A stretch of DNA of 58,281 bases, the filler included, from Sphacelaria rigidula (taxonomy: Eukaryota): assembly GCA_964200075.2 (NCBI GenBank). It is 10 parts of 10 records of this genome, joined end to end, with 100 filler letters (N's around TTAATTAATTAA, not from the genome) between each part and the next. Parts side by side here need not be neighbours in the genome. Positions count along the whole stretch, not along the records: positions 35,032 to 40,769 come from CAXNAA020024844.1; positions 40,870 to 46,607 come from CAXNAA020024845.1; positions 46,708 to 52,444 come from CAXNAA020024846.1; 7 more parts are not named here. One strand, 5' to 3'. Below are positions 35,891-47,152 of the stretch, piece by piece. The translations under genes and the position numbers were made by a program. The notes below the pieces were generated by a model that was given only the letters and a program-made list of their open reading frames with translations, did not search any database and was not told the origin of the DNA. Positions within the stretch are counted from its first letter, which is position 1; every line of letters begins with the position of its first letter.

Positions 35891-38672
35891 GATCCGTGCT
35901 TCAAGGCGAAGAAGCAAAAGCGGCGAGTGCTGCAGGTGAGGTAAATGAGTTGTTTGATACTTTTGGTAGTTTTCACAAGTGGTGGTGAATATACCGACCA
36001 ACTGTGATTCATGCCTCATGCGTCCACACTGAACACACAAGACGGAGGTCGGGTTCCTTTTTGTGAGGTATGTGGCGAAATTCTACCCGATGCGATGAGG
36101 TTTTGGTGGAGACTAAAAGTTACTGGTCAGGCAGGTAAGACAACGAGCACAGCTACGACTCAACTTACCGTTCCACGTCAGCTAGCTCCGACACGTGAGT
36201 GGCGCGTCATGGGTGGCACGGCACAGGTCATGCAGAGCAATAGATACGGGTACCCTCGGCGGAACATCGCTGTGCCTGGTGACAAGCGGAAGTCTGTTTC
36301 TCTTTGTGTAGAGGGTCAAGTAGAATCAATCCTTGGGTCGCTTTTCCACGACCGTTTAAGCCGCGGTTAGCGAAGGACAGAGGAAACGACATAAAGAGGT
36401 TTTGGACAGGGCGATTCTGCAGCAGAATAAAGTAGTGTCGGGACCGGCCAAAATGCACATTGCCCAACAAGCCGAGACCGCGAGTATTGCCCGTGTACCT
36501 CTGATGCAGTAGAATCGCACACATACCGCATTTTGCACATGGTGTGGGTACGTAATGTGCGTGTGCCGTGGCTATATTGTAACAACAAGCGTGCTGTTAG
36601 TTCTACAGGGCCGCAGCTTATTATACCTTCTTCGGTTATCCCGCGAAAGCCTGGAAGGAGTTGGATGCTCTTTCGGTCTCCGCTCTTGCTCATCCTCTCT
36701 TGTGCGATGGATGGATTTGCAAGCAACATACCTATATACCACTTCATAATCGAAAAATCAATGTCTGAAGGTCTCACTGACGGAAATTGTTTCTCTGAAT
36801 ATTAGCCGGCCTGCTATTCACCCCCCAAATTTCCTCGCGGTCAATCCCCCCGACTGTATTGTGTTTGCCCACGCGCGCCACCGAAAGGCAGTACCGCACT
36901 TGTCTAGTACTGTGCTGTGCTGTTTTGTTCTGTTCTGTTGTAATTGCATCACACTTCCTGACGTTGTCAACGGGGTGCGCGACGGGTAACAGCTAGGTTC
37001 GGCATATGAATGGCGTGGTATCATGTTGGCCGACGTGTGCGTGTGTGCATTGTCGTCCCATCTATTCTGCACGCCGGTCTACACCACCTTTTGGTATATG
37101 CGGAAGCATCAGCCGGGGTCACACAGGAGGAAGACCAACACGAGAGTTTTCGTTTTTTATTTTGTTACACTGTAGTACTCCGCCTTCTTTCTGCGATGCT
37201 TGCCTTATTTTTCATCGCGAGAGGGGTTCAGCAGTCCCTTTCCTTCGTCGACCGTCAAGTCGAATTTTGTGTACCCACGACGTGGTCGGTTCTCATTTGC
37301 TGGGCCTTGTGTGAGAAAAAAACCCGTACCGTGTGACTGTACCGAGATTCGAACCCACTACCCAACCGTCAGAAGGTTTTTAGGTGACGAACTGAGCCAC
37401 CGGGGCGACCGGTACCGGTGCACCAAGATCACTCTTGTGTATTTCATGCCATTTTCCTTTTGTTGTTGTGGCGTTCAATGACGTATTCGCCCCGGGTGAA
37501 GTTTTCTCCATACAGTACCGCATGTGTTGTTTTTTGGCATTTCAAAACAATACGCTCCACCTGACGGCTGCAAAGATATACACAACATAATATATATATG
37601 CATATACTGTCGATTTTTTAATGATCCCGCCTCGTGAAAATGTACTGTACACGAAAGTCCTCCACCACCGGCCTTGCCAAACTTTGAATATTTGCGACTG
37701 CGCAGCCGATACCCAGCCCATGGATGCTCAGATGTTAGCTTTTGCAGCATCCCACGAAGCAGGCGTTGTTGACCTTAACGCTGTATGCTTTTTATGATGG
37801 TTTTGAAAAAATGCAGCCGGAGTTGGTGAGTGTCATCGAGAAGCACTTGCGACCGGGAGGCATGTTCTTCATGCAGTCGGACTATTTCCCGATCGTCGAA
37901 GAGATGCGGCTGTTAACACGAGAGGTGGCGGGTGAGCTTTTTCGCTGTGATTCGGGAGCGGGAGGGACGGAGGGGCGTTGTTGTTTTGAGGTCGAAAAAG
38001 TGTTGCGTCATTTTTTTTCGACTGTAGCACTTGTGTGCGCATGTTGGCGATAATTTCCTCCTGTTGATTGCTTCATTGATTCATTAATTATCTCACATTA
38101 GCTGATTGCAATAATCCAGCCCGTGGTCAGGAGCAGCAAACAAGGAGCAGACCTGTGTACACGATAAAATTATTTCTACCTACACTTCGAGGAAATGGTT
38201 TTTACCTGCACTTTGATGCGTGTTCACAAACGAAAAACCATATTCGAGCGTGTTTTGTGTATATGAGGTTTTTTTCATTGCAAGCGCTGCACACGATTGT
38301 CGCTACTATGAAAGCGTCTTCGGGCGATTTTGTGTTGTATTGTTTTGTTTCAAAGGTGCAATTCAGTGTCATGTGTCATGAAGCTGCCCCATTAAAAGAA
38401 GCTCGCTTGCTTCCTCCACGACGAAGGTATATTTTTTCATCCCGCTCTTCTCTTCGCCGCGCAGACAACAAAATGTGTCTTCTCTTCTGTGTTTCTCGAC
38501 CTCCTGTCGAGCAGAGACCACTCTACCCCCCGCCAAGCATGTATGTTGGATATGTGATGCGTTTCGGCTTGTTCGTGCATTGTTCCTACTCTCCTGTCAA
38601 CCAGAGGTGCTGGTTGACAGCCATGAAGACTTGCAAGACTGGATGGAAGGCCCGGAGAACAATCCCTTTGGG
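35891..38672 (+). CDS. trmB: tRNA (guanine-N7)-methyltransferase TrmB/Trm8 family; internal exons 35891-35935, 37817-37931, 38605-38672
   Basis: Phase-consistent AG/GT exons give DPCFKAKKQKRRVLQ|PELVSVIEKHLRPGGMFFMQSDYFPIVEEMRLLTREVAE|VLVDSHEDLQDWMEGPENNPFG. This matches the TrmB (FP)DPW.K.RH.KRR, L.PGG....[TS]D and W...NP.G motifs. First and last exons not found on this contig. Confidence 0.85.
37170..37412 (-). mobile_element. tRNA-derived SINE in a trmB intron
   Basis: Minus strand reads ccggtcgccccggtggctcagttcg (A box)...gggttcgaatctcgg (B box). The body matches 43907-44133. Confidence 0.85.
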
Positions 38673-41600
38673 GTGAGCATTTCATTTTAGGACTGTTGTG
38701 TTGATGAAATTGACCAATATTGTATATATATCGGCAGGTCGGTGTAACAGATATGTCCATGTGTTCGCGATATCGGTGACTGCGCCTGTAGGCACCAGGC
38801 ATGTGCCGCAGGCACGGACCACAAGAGCATTAGCCCGAGTAAAAACTTTTCCTCATCCCCTCCCACCAGCCTGGTCCGGCGAGAACCCGGCGTGCTCCGT
38901 CCCGGCTTTGTAGGNNNNNNNNNNCAAAACATTATCACCCACCGACGCCAATACCATCACCAACCGACGCCAACCCCGGCGTGCTCCGTCCCGGCTTTGT
39001 AGGGGCGGACCCCCGATGGGGTTGGCGTCGGTTGGTGATGGTATTGGCGTCGGTGGGTGATAATGTTTTGAAACACGCCACTCACGGCGTAAGCGAGGCA
39101 ACCAGGTTACCGATTTTTTGCGCGCTTGCGTTTTTTCGCGGTAGCCATGATGGTAGTCGACGTAGATCATGTTCAGTGTTGCGCCAAAAGAAGAAAAGGT
39201 CAAATTTGTGCTGATTTTTTCGTACAAGAGTCATCGTATAAAATATCAGCTTATAGGATCCCCCAAAGTAGGTACAATCCACACGAGCCAGGGGCTCCTG
39301 GGGAAGGACCTACGGCCCACCACGCGGCATATCTGAAAATCTATGTTCACGGCTGAATCGTCGGCGCAAGTTGCAGGCTGAAAACGTGATCATGTCCCGT
39401 GTTCGGTGGTGTGCATGGTGCTGCTCGGCATGTGTGCCTTGCGGGCCTCATGGTACGCCGATAGTTGGCGGCCACGGTTCGCGTTCCCACCCATCACCAC
39501 GCCCAGGGTGTAGTATGTGGACTGTGCAATCCGTCTGAAAAGGAAGCATCTCAATTGCTTTCAGCGCTACTGAGAACGGCATGATCGTTTGCATGCATGC
39601 CTGGCGGCGCAGCTGGTGGCTTTCAAATTTGAAAATTCTGTCTCGACCATTATAAAGTGCAATATAATCGCTGATGCAATGTACTGTCTGTGCTGTCTGT
39701 ACTGCATTTGACAGTACCGTAATACAGCGTAACCGCATCTGATATGCGGCGTAACCAGGGCGTAAGCGAATCTTGTGTTTATTTGGATACTTCCTTACGG
39801 CAAACTCCCAATTTTCAGAGCAACTTTTGTTGTGGATTTCTCGCCCGCGACTTCGCTTTCCCTCATGAAACTTTGCGCACGAGTCGGACACAACACAGGC
39901 AACATATGCGCCAAGCGCCCGCAAGATTGGGCCCCGCAAAAATTAATAACATGGTCACAAGCAATTTCGGGGAATGCCGTCGATGCGCCCTCAAGACGGC
40001 TATCCCGCAGTCCAGACTTCGTGCACTAGGGATGAATGCATATGTGCACGCGCACGTCCACTAACTTCGACATCTTGAGCGGCTGGGCGGCCGATATTGT
40101 AGCAAACTGACACTGGTGACCCTTTTTGGATCATGACCATCGATAGTGTACCGATCGGCATATTGTCTGCAGAGGTGCGCAGTTCATGACGCACAGCCCT
40201 ACGCGCGCTGTAGACGCTGAAAGGTGCTGTTAATTCGGACATATGTTATGAGAACCACAGTCAACAGTTCCATATCACTATCTCTGGTGCTGCGCGTTGC
40301 AGCAGTGCGCACAAGGGGGGAAAGCGGTCAAATTTTGTTCCGTTTTTTTTTTTCGGCGCAACACTGTGTTGTATGGCGTGGGAAATCCTCAACTCCGCAC
40401 AATGGGGATGATCGCACTACGTAGTGTTGAAACGGTGACACAACCATGAGGCAGTGTAAAAGCCGTGGCTGTCTCTGGAGGTGGCGAAACCAGAAAATAA
40501 AGCAACTCATTTTAGGCTGTCATCCAAAAGCAAGATAATCAGTAGGCTTCGGGCCGAACAAGCTTAGCAGAGGATGCAGCTCACCCTTCATGCGACTCGC
40601 CGGACACACCACGGCGCTCGCGCTTGGTGATGGAGTGCGAGCATGGTCCGGCGAGAACCCGGCGTGTTCTGTCCCGGCTTTGTAGGGATCCGAGGTCCAT
40701 GGTCCTATGACTATGGCATGCATGATCATGAGTACCACCCCTCCCCTCCACCCCCCCAGCACCCCACTCNNNNNNNNNNNNNNNNNNNNNNNNNNNNNNN
40801 NNNNNNNNNNNNNTTAATTAATTAANNNNNNNNNNNNNNNNNNNNNNNNNNNNNNNNNNNNNNNNNNNNCGGATTATTGTTCAGCGGCCAATCTCGAAAC
40901 CTCGGAGCCAAGCGAATCTGAAAAGTGGGCTAGGCTTCTCTCTGTAGGGTGATGCAAAGTGTCCGAGACATGTGTTGGCGATTTTCCCTGTTCAGGGGTT
41001 AGAAAGTGATTCAAACGTCCCAAAAGTGAACAATCCGTGGGCCAAAAATTTGTTTGCCATAACATCCGGCCTGAAGACAACATTTTCACGAGAACGCCAT
41101 ACCTCTCCCATTAAACTTGAAGGTCCACTTTTATCTTTTCTTCGGCATGCCTTTGCGATTCTCCATGGTGAGTTTCAAATCACAATTCCAAACATTGAGC
41201 TGGAAAACTGCGTGGAGGTCCGAGAGCATCGTCCATTTCCCCTCAAAACTCCCGTAAGAACGAGAAGAAAAGAAAGAGAAAAAAAGAATCTGGCTTTTTC
41301 TTTCATTACGCACTAGCTATTTTCGATACGAAATCTCAAAGCACAACCTCCAAAACTGAGACGCGATGTTCGGATTGAGTGGATTTAGTGCCTCTGCTCA
41401 TAAAATATTGATTTTACTATTGAACCTTATGTGCGCCATATTTCGAGATAGATGACGAATTAGGCGAGGGTGAGGGTATCGATCATTTCCCAGTGCTCTA
41501 GGGAATGTCCACACCAAAAGTCGCCGTCATCCGCTGTATATATCGTTCAGGGTTTCATATAGACACGAGTCTGGACGCTATCTCCGTACGGTATGGGAAT

Positions 41601-42819
41601 GAGTGACTGTTAGTGGACATGTGGTTTCATCAACGAGTAAAAATTGGCCCAGACTTTTGAGTAGATGGGCACCTCCCTCTTGGTCAGACGATTAATACGA
41701 TATGCAAATTACGGCCCAACTCATCTGTGTCAATGAGATTTTGCTTTGAGAGCTTAAACCCGCGTCTATACCGGCCCAGCTCGGCTCATCCCCGTCTGAT
41801 TCAAATTGCCTCACGCCGGTGAAATGACTGTGCCAAAATAGCTTTTGCATTGAGTCCGGCACCGTGTTCCCGCTCCACAATGTTTGGCGTTTCCCGGATG
41901 TCACATTACATGATAACCTTGTATCGCTGACCAATAGTATGAAAACATGTTACAAAACAGATGATCCGAGGAGTAGGTGAGAAACAAGTTATGTGATGTA
42001 AAACCATTTTTATATTTCTTCTTGCTTGAGGGAAGGACGAGACCACACCCAACACTTACCCCGCGAACCAGGTAGACAAGACGTACAGTTTTCCTGAAAA
42101 CTCTGTCACTGTGGATGTAGACGGTAGACGAATGGCATCATAATTGTTTGATTCCTCACATTTGCCAAACGCGCAATGCACAGCGTACCGTAACCCTGAG
42201 ACCGCGGTGCGGGTACTCGTAGTCCATCTGGATTACTCATACTCTTTTCAAGTGGAAATTGATGTCGATTCAGCAGGTGACCTTCCCTCGTGGTAAAAGG
42301 GTTAACGATGAGTTAGCCTTGCGAAACGACGCAACAAGCGTCAAATGCCGTACTGCCGTTTTTATTCACCTCCTTCATCTCGCCCCTCTGTGTCGTACGC
42401 ACTGAAACACGCTCGCTACTCGATTTGCTTCAATATATCTTCAGGTACCGGGAACGCGCCATGCACACATTCTCGCGTGCTGTGTCGAGCTTCTACGATA
42501 TGGATTCAAGATCTGTTTGGCCTGTCGGGGTCCTTTCAAGTGTTCTTACTCTTTGCGGCGTTGTGTGTTGTCGGAAGGAAGGTGAAAGCTCCGATGGCAG
42601 CCTTTTCAACCTTTGTGGCCGAAGAAAACTTGTATGCGTGTGGATGAAGGAGTAGATATAGTGTGGAGTGTGGAGCATGCTTGTCAACCTGCGTCCAGCG
42701 ATGGAACATGTAAGTTATGGTCGTTTCCGTTCTTCGCCAGGTCGTACGCCTTCTGATGTGTACCATCCCTTGTATAGTGACAGCGCGTTTTGAAAGTGGC
42801 TAGTGTGTCGCAGATGCTT

Positions 42820-43540
42820 TTGCTGCGTCCCGACGCGAGAAGGAAAGGGCCCAGAAATGCATGTTCGAGAAGATCTTGGGATTAACGTGTTTTGAGAGTG
42901 TTTGTGCGTTTCGAGAGCTTCGAGGACCCGAGAGAATTGGCAGTTGTTCGATCGAAGCGCTATGGGTGCATTGATTCGATTCCATGTGTCCGGGTTTTCC
43001 TCACCGTATACTGTGTGTGGAGACACACACGACGCGCCGCGTTCGTGCTGCGAGGTGTGACGCGTGCTGTGTGCATCGGTTCGATTCGACGCCGTCAGCC
43101 TCTGGGCGCCGTTTCGCGCGCTCTGTGGGCGGGCGGCACACCACGTACCACGAAGGCGGTACGAGGTGAGGAAAAGACAAGCGCCCAGGAATGCATGTTC
43201 GAAGAGATCTTGGGAGTGCCGTGTCTTGAGAGTGTTTGTGCGTTTCGAGAGCTTCGAGGACCCGAGAGAATTGGTACTTGTTCGATTGCAGCGCTATGGG
43301 TACATCGATTCGATTCCATGTGTCCGGGTTTTCCTCGCCGTACACTGTGTGTGGAGACACACACGACGCGCCGCGTTCGTGCTGCGAGGTGTGACGCGTG
43401 CTGTGTGCATCGGTTCGATTCGACGCCGTCAGCCTCTGGGCGTCGTTTCGCGCGCTCCGTGGGCGGGCGGCACACCACGTACCACGAAGGCGGTACGAGG
43501 TGAGGAAAAGACAAGCGCCCAGAAATGCGTGTGCGAAGTG
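42820..43540. repeat. Tandem repeat/satellite, ~334-bp unit, about 2.1 copies
   Basis: gcccag(a/g)aatgc recurs at ~42849, ~43183 and ~43517 with near-identical intervening sequence. It explains the overlapping ORFs 42892-43970. Confidence 0.92.
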
Positions 43541-43906
43541 ATGATTGCCCTTGACCAACAATGCAAATTGTGTGAATGCGCTGATCACTATACAAGAGTG
43601 GGGTATTCGGGAAGTAGGTAACGTGTGTAGGCGGTGCTTTTTTCGTCAGAGGTAGATTGGGAACGCGTGCGTCTATATGTGTGCGTGCGTGATGCAGGGT
43701 CTGGGCCGTGTTGGGCAACGTGCGATTTTGTTTCCGTGGTGAGATGCGTCGTTTCAGTGCACTTCGGTGCCCGCTTGTTGGCTGATTTATGTCCTTGAAA
43801 ACGTGCACAGGCACCGTAGGTAAGGTAGGTACCCGGTATCGGTATTTGGGACATCTCATACCCCACCGATACCTGTCCAATCGGTTATTTTCAAAACTCA
43901 TACCTA

Positions 43907-44133
43907 CCGGTCGCCCCGGTGGCTCAGTTTGTAACTTCAACACCTTCTGACGGTTGGGTCGTGGGTTCAATTCTCGGAGATCCGGGATTTTTTCTCACAC
44001 CATGCCCAACGGTGGAGAGCGACTCTGTCGTGGGTACACAAAAATCGTCTTGACGATCGACGAGGGAAAGGGACTGCTGAACCCCTCTCGCGATAAAAAA
44101 GAAAGGCAAGCACCGCAGAAGGAAGGTGGGGTA
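43907..44133 (+). mobile_element. tRNA-derived SINE
   Basis: ccggtcgccccggtggctcagtttg (A box)...gggttcaattctcgg (B box). Body gtgggtacacaaaa...gaaagggactgctgaacccctctcgcgat is shared with 37170-37412. Confidence 0.85.
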
Positions 44134-46268
44134 CGAAAAACAAATTCCAATTTTCAAATTGGTTTCTGTCTCAGGCCATTTCAGATTTGGCGTTGGATTT
44201 CTGTGACAGAAAACTGTCTCATTTTTTTCAGAATATATTTTCAGAACCAATCAGAACTTTTAAACAAACAAGCAGAACTTTTCGAAAAACTGCCCAAAAC
44301 ATGTCAACATTAAATGGAGTACAGAGTACTACACTGAACACAATTGTGCAGTGTTTTTTAGAACCTGAACACGGACTGTATACAGTATGCATCAGCTGCT
44401 TTCTCTTGTTGCAAAATTAATAGTATCCAGCTGCTGCTGCTGTACTACTACAAAAGCACACGCCCTCGAGGTGCCACCCCACGTTTACCGTCATTGCGAA
44501 GACAACAGAACATGAACACGAACTGCAGCAGTCGTGGCCGCCACACACCAACGTTACTGCAGTGAAACGTGTGCCTGAACCGACACCACCACAGCTTTGG
44601 TGTTTTTTCTTGTTGGCGGAAACTTGGGCATCTACATGTCTAATTTTGTGGCAGGGTCCACCGACGGAGCTACGTGTTGGGGTGGACGATCAAAGTGCGT
44701 ACGCGCTCATGGACAGTAGAGGCGGTGCAAAACTGCTCGTGATTCAAATCTGCTTCCCTGCTGGTATCATTTTCAGTGGCTGTTCACAGAGGGATATCTG
44801 TCAGATGAAAGAGAAAGTCCGCCGTCCGACGGCAGGTCACGCCGGGCGACTTCTCCGCTGGAACGGTTTTCACAAATCAGCACCATGTAATTCACGAACT
44901 CGCCCTCCGCCACTCGGGGATAAAGTATACTCGTTCATGTCCCTATTGTTTTTTACAGAAACCAAACAATGCCATGGGCAGCAGTAGCCACGCGTGGGAG
45001 ACACACTCCACGTGCACAGCTCCCACAGAGAGATGCACACAGCTATATCTCCCAGAACTTCACCGAGTAAGCAAGCATGGACCCATCGGCGGGTAGTACG
45101 TACCAGCGCTGTCCAGCACGGTGGCTATCACTCGCAAGGTGCGTGGGTGTTGTCGCACGTTCGAAACGCGGATTGTCTACGATCAAAAGCAGCAGCAGCA
45201 GCAGCACCACCACCATCGGCACCGGCTGATTCAGAACCACCCTCAGCCGCATATATTTACTGGCAATAGATATGCTGCTGGTATTGCTGCTGCTGCTGCT
45301 GCTGCTGCTCCTAGTGCGGGAGGCGGTCCGCGTTTCGTCGTGCGACAATACCCATGCATCTGTCACGTCACGTTATATGCTGCTGATATTGCTGCTATTA
45401 CTTCTTCTTGTTGGGTGTCGGTGCAAGGCACATGAGACGTACTAACCGCAGCACATTTCTAGTTTATTGAATACTGTCTGTAAAAGGATACATGCTAATC
45501 ACGCTGTCTAAACCCTCAGTGCATCGCGGAACAATGCGGGAAAAACGTACTAGCGGCAATCACCTGTTGATGGTCTTGTCTGCAACGCGACCGCTATCAA
45601 TCGCAAGCACATAATTACGTTCTCCCATACCTCCGGCCAACGTAGCTTGTGTCCAACTTGCCTAAGTCGCGTTTTCGACAAAGGCTATGTCCAAGTCCAG
45701 TCCGGTGCAGATACATGTATTTTTTGGCCCTGTGTGTAGCACGCGCGTTTCTCCTGCACTACCAGGCCGTTTGCACCCCACGATGGCTTGAACGGTGGCT
45801 ACGGGGTGTGTGAGTGTATTGAAGCTGCTGTAGTGTCGATGCATGGCGCATGGGAACGAGCGCGGGCAGGTATTCCAATCCCTGGAGGTGGACATAAGCT
45901 ATGTCCAACTTGCGACTTGGTCATAGCTTATGTCCACCTGCCGTCGGTTGGCGGTATTTTTTTGGTACTGTGCAGCAGCACATGATTACGTGCTCTCATA
46001 CCTCCAGCCGACATAGCTTATATCCCTGGTCCAACTTGCCTAAGTCGCGTTTTCGACAAACGTTTGGTATTTTTGCAAAATCAGCACCAGACAGTCTCGT
46101 GACAGCACAGACGGTGCCTGCGAGCGCCGGCTGCTGCAGCAGCTCCGCACGGGGTTTGACAAGCGAATAAGAAGTGTTGACGCGTATCCCGCGGTGGATT
46201 TGTAGGATGTGTTCAGCGTAACGTTCGATAGCTAACACAAGAACGTAATGTTGGATAGCTGTCTTTAA

Positions 46269-46366
46269 CCGTTAGACCGTGAGGTTAGTCTTATGTTGAA
46301 TCGGCATCAATTTCAACTGAAGAAAAGTATGCACGGTCCAGAAAGACTAATCTCGCGGTCTAAGGG
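46269..46366. mobile_element. 98-bp piggyBac-type MITE with TTAA TSDs; degenerate relatives ~21748-21852 and ~42194-42301
   Basis: TTAA-ccgttagaccgtgaggttagtctt ... aagactaatctcgcggtctaaggg-TTAA. Confidence 0.8.
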
Positions 46367-46467
46367 TTAACACCCGGTCGATGGGTTCAGCGCTGACCGT
46401 GTCCATGATACATTACTGCCGCTGTTACTTCTGCTGGGTGATGGTCACTCGCTTATGCGTGCGTTTG

Positions 46468-46515
<48 letters not shown>

Positions 46516-47152
46516 CATACCCCATCCAAGAGCGGTGGACCGGCAACGGCCGTTCTTCACAGATGCATATATACTCTTCGGAACTTTCAAATCAAGATAA
46601 CTGCGGTNNNNNNNNNNNNNNNNNNNNNNNNNNNNNNNNNNNNNNNNNNNNTTAATTAATTAANNNNNNNNNNNNNNNNNNNNNNNNNNNNNNNNNNNNN
46701 NNNNNNNCGATCCGTACCCAACGCCCTACATACGATACTGGCTGAACTCTGTCACCCGAGTGCCGCGGCGGTGCATCTGGCAGCTCCGTGCCTGGAATCT
46801 TCTCCCGACAGGGCGATGGTGTTGTATAGTACGTCGTGGGCGGTATGGATATACAGGGGAAACACTCTTCTCGCGCACCCTCCGGGCATTTTACTTTCAG
46901 CCGTTCAAGCGGTGAACCAGTGAGTCCTGAGTTCACTTGCTTGAGTAAAGTGGGAGATATTATTGTATCGTCATCACATGATCACACACCAACTAGTGAC
47001 TCTTTCGACTGCGGGTTTAGATAGATGGGGCGAATGTGATGTAGTTATGTCATGATCCACACGGGACTGTGCGCTGTATTGTACTTTCTGTCGTGCCGGC
47101 AGTTACCTCTCGTGCTCTCGTGGTGCCCTCTCCTTGCAGTCAACCAACCCAG

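Noticed and set aside
38925..39070. Perfect 53-bp inverted repeat as a functional hairpin
   Set aside because: It starts exactly at a 10-N gap, and the sequence before the gap (38886-38914) is duplicated at 38975-39003. A scaffolding artefact is more likely.
43907..43980. tRNA genes here and at 6803-6875, 17635-17705, 23540-23610, 37340-37412
   Set aside because: A and B boxes are present, but I could not fold a proper cloverleaf, and the heads run into repeat-like bodies (shared between copies where more than one is present), so these are SINE heads.
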